Below, piece after piece: positions 52,448 through 64,000 of a stretch of DNA of 64,000 nucleotides (its first letter is position 1; the number at the start of each line of letters is the position of its first letter). The position numbers and the translations under genes are program-made. The notes under the pieces were generated by a model. The model made no database searches. It was not told the DNA's origin and saw only the letters and a list, made by a program, of their open reading frames with translations. The DNA comes from Camelus dromedarius (taxonomy: Eukaryota), in contig NC_087437.1 of the NCBI RefSeq assembly GCF_036321535.1, forward strand, positions 26,290,001 through 26,354,000, written 5' to 3'.

Positions 52448-52645
52448 CTACTTGATATTGCGCACAACTCTTCTGCAGTGGTTTGTTTTCATTTCCTCCA
52501 ATGCTTGTTCCAGCTGCTGAACCAAATGGAGCAGGGTGGCTGGGTCTGTCTGCAGAACTTGGGTGTTGTGATCTCCATTCTGATTAAGGTGCAGCTTTAT
52601 AGTCACTGATGGTTTAATCTGCTGCCTGAGGCTTCTGCTTGCAAG
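52448..52645 (-). CDS. COMMD2: COMMD2 exon 5 (last coding exon, aa 135-199 plus TAG)
   Basis: LASRSLRQQIKPSVTIKLHLNQNGDHNTQVLQTDPATLLHLVQQLEQALEEMKTNHCRRVVRNIK* (COMM domain C-terminus). Acceptor aaaatcaAG at 52647-52646; phase 0. Confidence 0.97.
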   Translation of the reverse strand, partial: LASRSLRQQIKPSVTIKLHLNQNGDHNTQVLQTDPATLLHLVQQLEQALEEMKTNHCRRVVRNIK

Positions 52646-52729
52646 CTTGATTTTAAATGGAATTAAGAGTATAACAACTACTTATTAAGCATGCTGAACG
52701 TATAATTATTACATTATACTATATATAAA

Positions 52730-53780
52730 AAATAAAATTTCACATGAATCAGACTTCAAAATGAAAAGTAAACTTTAAAATTTTGGAAAGGAAAAAGAAA
52801 TTAGAATGTATATGTAACCTTACAGTATGGAAGCATTTTCTAAATGTGATATTAAACATACAAAACATAAAGAAAAACCCGATAAATTTAACTACATTAA
52901 AATTATTAAAATTTTAATAATTTAAAGCTGCAAACTGAGATTATTTTGTAACATATACAACCAAAAAAAGTGAGTATCAAGAATGTATGAACTGCTCTAA
53001 TTTAATAAGAAAAGCCAACAAAACCAAGAGAAAATTGTGCAGAAGACCTACACAAACATTTTGCAGAAGTAACACAAATAAACATTGGAAAATATGTCCA
53101 ACTTTACTAGAAATCAGGAAAGTGGCCAATAAAATCATAAAGTACTATTTATCAGACTGGCAAGAATTAGAAACCTGTCTACATGGAGTACTGTAAAGTG
53201 ACAGTAATGAAAACTCTCATCCACTGCTGCTGAGAGTGATGAGAGAATCATTCTGGAAAGTCAGCAATTCCACTCCTAGGTGTATACCTTAAACTCTGAC
53301 ACATATACACATATTCATAATAGTATTTGTTTCCAAGAGCCAAAAGTTAGACATATCTCAAATATTCTCTAACAACAGAATGGATAAATTGAGAACATTC
53401 ATACAATGAAACGCTCACTAAATGACAGTGAAAAGAAATGAACTACAGCAAAATAAGTTGTCATGAATAAATCTAAAAAGCAAATGTTCAATCAAAAAAG
53501 CAAGCTTCAGAATACATGAAAATCTAAAAACATACAGTTTAGTGAAAAAATTTATGTTAAAAATATATATAAAGAAAAGATGAATAGAAAATTCAGGATA
53601 ATGGTTATCCCTATGGAGCTGGAAGGGGATTGTAACTCGGGGAGAGTGATTCAAAGGTACTGGTTTTGCTCTATTTCTTAAGCTTGGCAATGGGTACTTG
53701 TTTTATTATTGTTATTTAAGCTATAATCTTTTGTCTGCATTATATATTTCAAAATTAAAAAAATAAACACTATTGACAAT
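52730..53780 (+). mobile_element. Degraded L1ME-like fragments in COMMD2 intron 4
   Basis: cagcaattccactcctaggtgtatacc, aacagaatggataaattg, aaagaaatgaactacagc, aattcaggataatggttatcc. Confidence 0.65.
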
Positions 53781-54889
53781 TTTAAAAAGAAAAAAAAAAA
53801 ACCACTAGAAACAATAACCAACTTGGAAGCGATGGTGTTTAATTCTAGCACCAGATCATGTTCTCTAAAGACCATTCCCTCTTAAAAGGAATCAGGACCT
53901 CCTCGAAGTAATAGCTGATCAGAGGTCTGGGACAGGAATTGTACATGATGAGCCTGAAACACCTTGTTACACGAGAAAGCAAGACTGTTATTTAAAACTA
54001 CTGTAGTCACATCAGAAGGACAAGAAGCCAACTTGAAGAGATTCCCAGGTGAATAACGAATCTAAACCTGAGATTTCAGGATTATTTGAGTACTACAACA
54101 TAGAATATTCAGACTAATAACTTTTTCCAATTAATTCTAGGTGATCTAGGCTTCCAAAAGAACCCAAGATACAGATCCAAGGCTGAAATGGAATGTTTCA
54201 AAATAATTTGGAAATAATAGGTCAATCCCTTTGGGTGAGCTAGTCCCCAAACATAAAATAAGTACTTGTTAAGTACTTTTAAGATCATCTCTCTAGTACA
54301 GAAGCCTCTAGAGAAGACAGGTATGCAAACTATAAATATGATGACTAAAAATACTGCTTCTTCAATTATGCACTGTTTATAGTTTTTTTTTTAATAGCTG
54401 CACTGACAGATACCAAATGCATCTACCTGTGTAATTAAGCCATAAATTTTTTGTTGAAAGACTAAAGGTCACTCAAAATTTAATCTCTAAGTTTTAGACA
54501 ACATGATATTTAACTTAATAACCTTTACAGATTAGTATCTATACCATTCTTTAAAATGTCTGAAGATTATATAACAACCCTTACAAATACCTACTGAGAT
54601 ATAATTATGCCTAATTTCTCTTCAGAAAAAAATCTGAATCACATTACTACAGGATAAAGAATAGCAGCCCACAAAACTCTTGACATGGACTTATTTTTAA
54701 TGGGGATGAAACTCTGTCCTTCTCCCTGTAAAAATAACAGCAACAACTTTAAATGGGTCAGCCTCAAAGGTAACATTCTCCTGCATCAGTCTCAGATGCA
54801 TTCAATTCACTGATGCTATTAACAAGGGCATTACTTGCATTGGCAATTTATGAAGTATGGGAAATGTTTCTGTTAGAAACTAAACTACT

Positions 54890-55024
54890 GGAAGGAGGGT
54901 ATAGCTCAGTGATCGAGCGTGTGCTTAGCATGCATGAGGTTGTGGGTTCAATCCCCAGAACCTCCATCACAAATAAATAAATACCTAATTACCTTCCCAC
55001 CAAAAAAATTGTTTTAATTAAAAA
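54890..55024 (+). mobile_element. tRNA-derived SINE (camelid Vic-1-like)
   Basis: ggaaggagggtatagctcagtgatcgagcgtgtgcttagcatgcatgaggttgtgggttcaatccccagaacctcc plus aaataaataaatacctaattacc tail. TSD agaaactaaacta / agaaactaaaata. Confidence 0.9.
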
Positions 55025-55962
55025 AGAAACTAAAATATAATGATTAATTTATTTCCCATAAGCAACTGCACAATAATTCGATGGTAACTGTCTATTCACT
55101 TACCAGTCTCCATGAGATGAATCAGTTACTCAAAAATGAAAGGTTCTATAGTCTGTTACTAGTTTCTTAGCCACTTATCTGGTCTTCATCTGACAAGTCT
55201 TCCTGCCTTAAGCAGAAAATCCACTATAGTTAAAAATCTCTTGTAATATTTCAACTAACGAGCTCAGGAAATCAATTAGTTCTCTGAGTAGCTTTTTTAG
55301 CCCTTAAATGCATTTCACCACATGAGGCAATATTCACTCAGTATACTCTCAGCATTACACTGTATCAGTCTTTGCAGTAACACGGAAATTCAAACCCATT
55401 TCACTGGGCAAATGAGCTTTCCAGTTTAATTTTAGAAAATTCAGTTGCTTAAGTTTCTAACTTCTAAAAATGTCTTAATAATGGAAAAACTCTAAACAAA
55501 TCAATAAAGCCAAAAAAAGAACCTCTAAGGGCTACTGGACCACAAAAGTCAGGAGATACCGCCATACAAGAGACGTATAAGATAAATGACTGCTGAACTT
55601 CATGAAATGACCATCCCCTAGGCTCCTCCACCTACTTATTATGAGAGGGCCTAAATAAAAAGGTTTAACCATAGTGATCACCTCCTCCCTGCCAGCCCCA
55701 CAGGATTTGCCACTTAGGAGGTCTCCAAGAGCATAAACTGTGTCAAGTTTCTGCTGTATCTACATTGCTTGGCACATGACAGGTGTACAAGAAATATCTG
55801 ATAAACAATTTAAGAAGTTGCCACCACCCCCTCCCCACCAATTTATATTTAGCACTGAATGCCTATTATGTGTCAGGCACTGTCTTGGGGACACAGTAGT
55901 GAATAAGATACAGTACCTGCCCTCATGGAGCCTATAATCTGGTTTATATCATCTCCTGTGTT

Positions 55963-55984
55963 TATATATATATATATATATATA
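55963..55984. repeat. (TA)11 microsatellite
   Basis: Direct read. Confidence 0.95.
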
Positions 55985-56069
55985 TTTTCAAGCACTCAAC
56001 ACATTGGATCATAACTGCTAAACTCCTCTAACTGAACTTCTATAACCTATTTGGACCATTCAAATCCAG

Positions 56070-56255
56070 TATTATAGCAGTTTACAAACTTTACTGCACA
56101 TTAGAATTACCTGGGTGACAGAGGAGATTTTAAAAGTCCTTACACCCAGGCCAAATTCCATATCGATAAACCAGAGCCTCTGGAGTAGAACATAACATCA
56201 GAACTTTTTAAAGCTCCCAGGTCATTCAAATGTGCAGTCAAGTTTGGGAACTAAG
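56070..56255. mobile_element. MER5-like hAT MITE
   Basis: caaactttactgcacattagaattacctggg...ttttaaagctcccaggtcattcaaatgtgcagtcaagtttgggaac. Confidence 0.7.
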
Positions 56256-57339
56256 GTGCTATACCACGTATTCATTTGTTCAATCCCATATCCATGTGGG
56301 CCTTTACAACTTATGCTGTCTCCTCTGTCAAGAATATTACCCTGGTTTTCTCTAACCACTCATCTTTCTGAAATTTTACTTCCTTTTCTTGAAGCTTTTC
56401 TGATCGTGCAAGTGGACACTGAACCACCTGAGCTATAGCTTTTCCAAAATACTCAGTTGTACCTTCATTTATACAATTATATTCTTTTTTACTCTCCAGA
56501 ACCTTATTTCATAACTATCTTTAATTACCAGTTATTTTAAGAACATCTAATACCCCTAACCAGATAACATCATTTCCAGCTGAGAAAGCGTCTTACATTT
56601 CTTTTGTGTCCCAAAGCATTTAGCACAGCTCTAGTCAGTGAATGGATGACATTCAATAAACACTATTAACTTATCTGTCACTGCTTGATAAAGGACTGCA
56701 TGCAATAATCTGAATACTCCCTTTTGGTTATTTATGTGGCTTTAAAAACAACTGAATCTCACAAAAATCATGTTGTGTAAAAGAAGTCACAGAAAAATGT
56801 TTACGAATCATTCTATATATAGAAAGTTAAAGAGCCAGAAACACTAATCTGCACATTAGAAGTCAGGATGCTGGTCACCTCTGAAAAGGAGGATAAGGGA
56901 AGTAATTGGTAGGAGGCAAGGAGAATGCTCTCAGGTACTGGTCATGGAGAAGTGTTGGTTTCATGGCTGTTTTCACCATATGGTAATTCATTGGGCTGTA
57001 CACTAACCTGTGTACTTTCTTACAGATGTGTTTTATTTACACAAAAAAGTTTTTAAAAAGCTAAGCACCACTTTAAAAATATGGATAACTATCTCCTTTT
57101 CTAAAATAAGCTTTTTCTTACAAACTTCACGAATTAAATCAAAGTGAATACATTAAAAAAATAAGAAAATGAGAAAAGAAAAAAGAAAATGAACTATTTG
57201 TGAAATGGTCTAAAAATGAATATTAAAAAACTAAAGTTTCAAACCATAGTTTGGTTAAGGTGGCAAAGACAAATCTGAGGACATAAATGAAAAATAAACC
57301 TGATACTCTATGTCAGGTTAAAAAAAAGAAAAGTCACAC

Positions 57340-57513
57340 CTGTACATCTAGTCTCCATTCAAGGCTGTGGTAACTGGGAAGGTCTGGTGCCAATTCACTC
57401 AGAATAGTTCTGATCTCCTTTCTGTTGTCCAGATAAAGCTGAAGCAATAATTTGTTCAATTCTTCAGAGAATCCCAGAACAAAGACGGAGTCTTGGAAAT
57501 CCAGTTCAGAAAT
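57340..57513 (-). CDS. COMMD2: COMMD2 exon 4 (aa 77-134)
   Basis: ISELDFQDSVFVLGFSEELNKLLLQLYLDNRKEIRTILSELAPDLPSYHSLEWRLDVQ, including the COMM-domain WRLD motif. cttttAG acceptor, CAG|GTGTGA donor; 174 nt. Confidence 0.97.
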
Positions 57514-57699
57514 CTAAAAGTGAATCAAGTTTGATGGAACATCAAAATTTATTTTTGTCTAGTAAATGCTGAAATACTTGATATACACAAAAAAATATGA
57601 TATCCCCTAATCCTTTTTTGTCTGCTAAAAGAAACAACACTCCTTAGTTAAAGGCAACCCTTGCCCACTATTCCAAATTCTGAATTTGTGATACATAAA

Positions 57700-58660
57700 A
57701 GTAAAAATAAGCAACAAATCCAGAAATAAACAAGTGGGACTACTTCAAATTAAAAAGCTTCTGCACAGCAAAGGAAAGCATGAACAAAATAAAAAGGCTA
57801 CCTGCTGAATGAGAGAAAATATTTGCAAATCATATATCTGATAAAGGGTTAATATCCAACAAATATAAAGAACTCATACCACTCAACAGCAAAACAACAA
57901 TAACAAAAAAACGAATCCCATTAAATAATGGGCAGAAGATCTGAATAGACATTTTCCAAAGAACACACAGAGATGGCCAATAGGCACATGAAAAGATGCT
58001 CAACATCATTAATCATCAGGGAAATGCAAATCAAAACCACAATGACATAACACTGCACACCTGTTGGAATGGCTATTATCAAAAAGACAATAAACAACAA
58101 GTGTTGGTAGGGATGTGGAAAAGAGGGAACTCTTGTACACTGTTGGTGGGAATGTAAATTGGTGTAGCCACTATGGAAAGCACTATAGAGGTTCCTCAAA
58201 AATGAAAAATAGAACCACCATGTAATCTAGCAATTCCATTTCTGGGTATTTATCCAAAGAAAACAAAAACAGAAACTTGAAAAGATGCATGCTCACCCAT
58301 GGTCACTGCAGAACTATTTTCAATGGCTAAGATACGGAAACAAAGTATCGACTGATAGATGAACAGACATAGAAATTGTGGTATATATACACAATGGAAT
58401 ATTACTTAGCCATAAAAAGGAATGAAATCTTGCCATTTGAAACAACATGGATGGGCCTTGAGGGTATTATGCTAGATGAATTAAACCAGACAGAGAAAGA
58501 CAAATACTGTATGATCTCTCTTACATGTCACAACTAAAAACAAAAATAAAAACAAAACCACCAAACTCATGGAAACAGAGAACAGAGAGGTGGTTGCCAG
58601 AAGCAGCGGGTAGGAGGTGGCAGAAATAGGCAAACGGGGTCAAAAGGTTTGAAAAAAAAA
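57700..58660 (+). mobile_element. L1 (ORF2 3' end plus 3' UTR), antisense in COMMD2 intron 3
   Basis: aaacaagtgggactac...aaagcttctgcacagcaaaggaa...aaagatgctcaacatcattaatcatcagggaaatgcaaatcaaaaccacaatg...aatggaatattacttagccataaaaaggaatgaaatcttgccatttg. Confidence 0.93.
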
Positions 58661-60361
58661 AAGCCTTAGTGAGAGAATGAGGGCTTCTGGTTTGGGTGAA
58701 TCCTTGTAGGATACTCAGATGCTGACTGGACACAGAGAAATCATATATTTGGCCAGGAAATGAAGTGGGAGAGAAGGGCAAGGGGACAGTTTTTGGCTAT
58801 CCAATGGGATGGTGTTATTGGGAACCAAGCAGTCCTAACATAGCACTGACCCTTGTTAGGTTAAAAGGAAGCTGCCAACAGCAGCCTTGCTTTTACTTTC
58901 TTGTTGGATGACTGAAGTGGGGAGGGGATAAAAAGGTAGAGAAAGTACAGTTTTTCTCTTCGTTCCTCTCCCTTTCATTGTATTCACCTCAGCCACTTTA
59001 ACACTCTACTTCCCTTGCTCTTTTCTAATTTCTGCACACCACCCTTTTTTTTTTCCAAGTTTATTAATGTCCTTAGACTTGTTTCTGTGCTACCACGTGA
59101 GATCAGACAATGAAGGTCATCTTTGTGGCTCGTTTATAATAGCATAGGCTTGGGGATTTTATCCCTTCAACAAATATTTTCTGAGATCCTCTTATCGGAT
59201 AGGTACTGTGCTAAGGAGACAGAGCTGAACAAAACAAATGGGCTCATTGCCTTCATGGAGGAGCTTATAGTCCTTGGGGCCAGGCAGGTTAGGTTAGTTG
59301 ACCAATCACACCAAGTGGTCTACCAGAGGATTCAACTGAAGAACAGGAAGTTAGAGATCCATTCTCAGGAGGGGAGCTGCTTCGAAAGCTCTGGACAGGG
59401 TCAGAAAGGATCACTTAGGGCCGCAAAAAATGAGTTCCTCATATCAATTAATGGAACATGGATTTATGGGACAAGGCATTTGTTATGGACCACCTGTATG
59501 TGTAACATTTTAGGAAGCCTGACAAAAGGGATCTATAAAAAATATTTCTATGCAGTTGTTCATAACCACTCAATCTAATTTTTAGGTTGAAAATGTCATA
59601 ACTCAGGTAAGCCACAGTGCATCTTTTATCACTTCCAGACTTAGAATTCACTATCAAAATGATGAGAATCTAGTGTAGTTTCTCAAGTTTACCTGATCTT
59701 AAGAATCATCTGAAGCACCTTCAAAAAATATTAATTCTCAAGCCCCTCCCCTGGAAAGCCTGATTCAATAGCTTTGAGGTAGGAATCAGGAATGTTAACA
59801 AGGGTCACATGTGACCCACACAAAAAGGCAAGTATGAGAAATACTAGAAGGGATAATATGTAAATTAAGTCCACCCCATGTAGCCAGTTGTAATTTTTCA
59901 AACATTTTTTTCTATCAAGAGCATACAGAAACAAAGACTGGTAAAAGATCCCTCAGCTAGTATTAAGGGGAAAATCATAACTTAAAAAAAGAGGAAAAAA
60001 ATACTTTATTAAAGTATAAAAAGAATTGCAAAAATGCCCAGTTTTCTCTCCTATTCTCCAACAAGCCAGATACTGCTAATATACAGAAATTAAATCATTT
60101 CATTCTCCCTTCTCTTAGGATACATACTATAGTAGATGCTTAAATAACATGCAGAATTAGAGGCAATTCTAATTTATCCTAATAAGAGGTATTCACACCA
60201 GCATCACATTATAGTCAAATTGTTTAGGCAGGGCTTCCCTAAACCAATTATAATCCAATAATAACATTATTGAAATAAGCAAATCCTGCCTGGACTGATG
60301 TAGAGTATACTGAACATTTATACGGTCCCAGTAATACAAAACAGTGCACAAAAGCCCTTAC

Positions 60362-60444
60362 CATGAGCTTTGAGCTTTCAGTGAGGAGGTATATTAATCC
60401 TTCCACACCATGTTGGACTGTGTCACTACTCACACTGAGTTTTC
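60362..60444 (-). CDS. COMMD2: COMMD2 exon 3
   Basis: (R)KLSVSSDTVQHGVEGLIYLLTESSKLM. ctctttttcAG acceptor, ATG|GTAAGG donor; 83 nt. Confidence 0.97.
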
Positions 60445-61096
60445 CTGAAAAAGAGGGAAAATGAGCAAATAAATTATGTGGCATTTTTTCTTTTATTCAA
60501 ACTCTTAAGAATAAATATTACCCATTATTCCATGTTTTCAAACATTGCAATAAAAACTAATGAGTTGGTAACAGCCTCTTGTTCATTCTCCACTCCCAGC
60601 CAAATGCCTTCAGTATTTCCCACCACATAACCTTTTCTACAAAATGCAGACCCCTGGAGACAATATCAGGGGTACGGTCCTTCTTTGAGAGGGCAGCTGC
60701 TTCAAGCCTGGCAGAAAGGTCAATGTCAAAAACCACCCCTCGTCCGTCCCGGGGGTAAAATACCTAAGCAAAAGTACAACATTAGTCTGAACTAATAATA
60801 ACTAAACACTTGCATATTTATGGTTCACCCATCTATTCTACACACTTGGGTGCATTTAAGCATCATGTCTCTGGCAGATGATACACGTGGGAAAATCAAC
60901 TTAAAACAAGCTTTAAAAAAAACTCACAATACTTAGAGGACAGCAGGATTTACGCCCTGACTGAAGAGCGCTTCTGGTTTTATTCTGCCACAATGCGAGT
61001 AAGACCCTTAGAATCGCAATAACCCTTTCCAGGGCGACAGAGAATGGCCCGCCCTTCCCCACGCAGTTGGCGGGGCTGCGCCTCTCCCCATCTTAC

Positions 61097-61174
61097 TGGC
61101 AGCGCCTTCGTAGATCTTGGGGTTCGAGCCTCGTCTCAGGAACTCCACCGCAATTCGCCCAAACTCGGCGACCA
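61097..61174 (-). CDS. COMMD2: COMMD2 exon 2
   Basis: (V)VAEFGRIAVEFLRRGSNPKIYEGAA. ccgttgcAG acceptor, CCA|GTAAGA donor; 78 nt. Confidence 0.97.
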
Positions 61175-61269
61175 CTGCAACGGAAGCCAGGAGACCATGA
61201 GCGCCAAGCGCTCCTCCGACCCCCTCCCCAGACCGCAGACCACCACCCTCCGCCGCCGCGGCCCCTGAC

Positions 61270-61336
61270 CCGCGCTGTCCACTTGCGGCAGGAAGGCCAG
61301 GTGCTCCTTATGCTCCTCCGACAGGTCCAGCAGCAT
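61270..61336 (-). CDS. COMMD2: COMMD2 exon 1 coding part (COMM domain-containing protein 2, Commander/CCC complex subunit)
   Basis: ATG at 61336: MLLDLSEEHKEHLAFLPQVDSA plus 1 nt; donor G|GTCAGG; 95-nt intron 1. The five exons sum to 67+78+83+174+198 = 600 nt = 199 aa plus stop. Confidence 0.97.
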
Positions 61337-61609
61337 CTTTGCTGGGCCGCTGATCTCACCCGGCAGCGCTGACCCCGCCCTCGCCACTTCCGGGGCCTGT
61401 GTCCAAGCGTAAAGAGGATCCGGCGCCTCAGCGTCTCAAGCTTTGGGTTCCGGCCTACCGCCGTCCTCACTCAAACGCGTTCCGCTGTGCATGCTGGGGT
61501 CAGAAGACCGAGTTCGCAAGTCAGATGTGGGCGTAACACGCTATGCTCTGTGGAAGATGAAAAATTTAAATATCGACACGCCCGTTTGTGGCGCTTACAT
61601 TAATAATAT

Positions 61610-61745
61610 AAATAGCTAACTGTGTTAAGCACTATGCCAGGAACGGCTCTTGTATTTAACATATTAACTTATTCACAAGAACCCTGTGAGGTAAGTACCG
61701 TTATTGTTACCATTAAAGATAAGGAAACTGAGAGGTTAAGCAACT
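61610..61745 (-). mobile_element. MIR SINE
   Basis: actatgccagg...attaacttattcacaagaaccctgtgaggtaagtaccgttatt...agataaggaaactgagaggttaagcaact. Confidence 0.8.
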
Positions 61746-63744
61746 GAAAGTAACTTTTATAAAGCTATTAGCTTGCACAGAGCTTTTCTATATGCTATCT
61801 TACTTGATTTATCTCATTTAATGCGCTCAACTGCCATGATATCGTTCGTACAGATGGGTCGTTTGAACAGCGTGGGTCATCGTTTGTACAGATGAAGAAT
61901 CGAAGCTCCAAAGATTACGTTACAAGCCAGTGACAGAGCTGGAAGAGGAAGGTCATCCCTTGATCATCTGCTCCAAAACCCATCATTCTACACAGCAGGC
62001 TTAAAGCTGAAGATTTGTAACAAGTTCTGTGAGTGATTATAAATTAGGATAAAGATGATGATGAAGATGACAATGACCGATGCTTGCAGGGTTCAGAACA
62101 ATGTCTTTATTTTTATGTGTTGAGAGCAGTTTGAGAATTTGGTTCCTTTTCAACATGCTCTTCTTACCTTCTCTGGTTCAAATATGAGAGACTACAGAAT
62201 TGCTGATTGATAGGAATACGACTCTTCAAATCTTACATTCATGGTGGTGGAGGAGGAGGGGTGCGGTGAAAGAGAGAGAGGCAGAGAAAGACTTCACATC
62301 TATTGTTATATGTAGGGATCGAGACAACTTTCTATGCTCCAAGTCTCCAAGTGAAAATTGAAAGAGTTTTTCACCTCTGCTCTCTGTGTCAACCTCATCC
62401 CTCACATCTGACTGAAATTGAAATAGCCTCTGGGACACAGAAGAGCACAAGTCCTTAAACTTGTTAGCTAGGTCTTGAAGCAGCATTTGCAGAGAGAGCA
62501 CAATTTTTGCTTAGACTATAAGTTGCAAATCAACAAAAATGGCATTTTCTGAAGAAGTTTTTATTCATACATTATTGAAAAAATGTCCACTATATAAGGA
62601 ATAAGGAATGCTGGAATGAATTTACAAATAGGTACAATATTATGCCAATCTGATATAGCATTTCTTCCCTGTGATCTCAGGACCTGAAGGGGCGCGGGGC
62701 AGTGAAGGTAGGGAACAGGGAGAAATAGAATGGAATGGTCAAGGAAGGGTGGTCAAAAAGCCAAGTTATAACTGGGGGAAACCAGACTGGGAGTTAAAAC
62801 TCCCTTGTATAGAGTGACTTTCTGTTACCAAATGTCATGTAGTTGTTTAGAGGTAATTACCTGAGTGAAAAATCAAAAGCCTAGATTCCAGATCTGGCTC
62901 TGACACTTACTACCTGTAGGGCCTCCAACAAGTTGTTTTTAAATGTTATAAACTTAGCCTCTTCATTTGTAAAGCGGATATTTTAATTATAACTGTCCTT
63001 CTGTGCCATGCAGAGCTGCTATGATACTCAGATGAATTAGTAAATTCCTATTAAGAAACTGATTATGATAGTTAGATTAAACGATAAACTAGCATTAAGC
63101 AATTGAATGATTTGTAAACAGAAACATTTATATTTTATAGGAGCAGGTTTTATGTGCACAAATCATTGAGAAATCTGTTTGCATGATCATCCTAAAATTC
63201 ATTCATTTAATTCAACGAATATTTATAGAGCAGTTATTCAAAGGTTCAGGCATATGCTATGCCTTGGCAATTTGGAGAGGAATAAAAAATTGTCCTTGCC
63301 CTCTAGGAGATGACAGTAAAATGAAGGAGACAGTTAAGTAATTTCAGTACGGTGTGATGAGTTGTAATCCATGAGAAATCAACAACATCTCCTGGAAGCA
63401 AAGAGAAGGTGACAACTAACTTTGATTTCAATAAGATTCAGGCTTAGAATAGATACCTCACAATATCCTGTCTATGCCAATATTAATGCTTTACAACTAT
63501 ATATTACTGTAAGAATATAAGATTTTAAAGTCACTTCATGCTATCTTATTTGTAGGGCTAAAATGAAGAAGGAATAAATACTCTGTATTTTTTCAGGTAA
63601 TCCTGGCAGGGAACAAGGCTTCATATCAGTCGTCCCCTCACATTCTCTCCTCATCATCCTCTGCCTCATCCACCTTCCTTTTCCCTCACATTTCCCACAT
63701 TCCTTTCTCCTTAGGCATTCCAGCCCCAGAATCTTTGTACCAAG

Positions 63745-63792
63745 CCTTCCTTCCTTCCTTCCTTCCTTCTTTCTTTCCTTCCTTCCTTCCTT
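63745..63792. repeat. (CTTC)n/(CTTT)n tetranucleotide microsatellite
   Basis: Direct read. Confidence 0.95.
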
Positions 63793-64000
63793 TTTTCTTG
63801 TTTCTTTTGCACTAAGCATTTCTTTGGTTGTGTCTCAATGATACGTGAAATAGTATCATCCCTGCAAAGAAGTGCAGTTCAGTTCAGCATACTGTCAAGG
63901 GGAAGGTGGCATGGTGACACCCATCACTCACGTGAACTGCCCTCTCCTGAGTCTGAGGCTGGCACCAAATGCAAGAATTAGCTCCTGAGATTTTTTTTCA

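Larger units (their letters stand above)
60950..61600. promoter_or_regulatory. COMMD2: CpG island / promoter of COMMD2 with ETS motif (CCGGAAGTG, 61385-61393) and ZNF143/Staf-like motif (61483-61498)
   Basis: CpG-rich segment covering exons 1-2; motifs read directly on the minus strand. Confidence 0.8.

Noticed and set aside
54890..54965. tRNA gene (Ala-like) suggested by A/B boxes; likewise at 21420-21495 and 35065-35143
   Set aside because: Each has a SINE tail and TSDs and lacks a proper acceptor stem; they are SINE heads, not tRNA genes.
57330..57339. Bona fide U12-type intron for COMMD2 intron 4
   Set aside because: The donor is GTGTGACTTT, not the near-invariant GTATCCTT.
59123..59578. 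151-aa plus-strand ORF in COMMD2 intron 3
   Set aside because: Non-ATG start, partly overlaps L2-like sequence, no recognisable protein similarity.
62226..62501. 91-aa minus-strand ORF upstream of COMMD2 as an exon of the next gene (ANKUB1 in human synteny) or a transposase relic
   Set aside because: I cannot match it to any protein I recognise and it has a non-ATG start; a BLASTX search would be needed.
1..64000. Prokaryotic-type systems (CRISPR arrays, operons, defence islands) or a novel gene cluster
   Set aside because: The window is intron-containing mammalian DNA; I found no repeat-spacer arrays and no unexplained long ORFs.

Overview
Mammalian genomic DNA, most likely a camelid, judged from three copies of a tRNA-derived SINE that looks like Vic-1. 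Two protein-coding genes lie on the minus strand. At left is the 5' end of WWTR1 (TAZ, Hippo-pathway co-activator): non-coding exon 1 at about 6050-6340, first coding exon 5195-5628 with ATG at 5625, all in a CpG island; the rest of the gene runs off the left edge. At right is the complete 5-exon COMMD2 gene (CDS 52448-61336, 199 aa, all GT-AG junctions in frame). The ~45 kb between them and the introns are mostly old repeats (MIR, L2, L1, MaLR/ERVL, Tigger/hAT) plus a few young camelid-type SINE and L1 insertions with target-site duplications (TSDs). Almost all other ORFs in the track are spurious. I see no evidence of a new biological system. The most noteworthy items are an apparent L1 3' transduction downstream of the COMMD2 stop, a uORF plus a start-stop element in the WWTR1 leader, TAZ substitutions at an S-P site and in the WW domain, a CArG/TEAD promoter module, an atypical COMMD2 last-intron acceptor, and an ERVL fossil with integrase and dUTPase-like remnants. 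Repeat family names and human comparisons are from memory, not database searches, and repeat boundaries are approximate unless TSDs are given.
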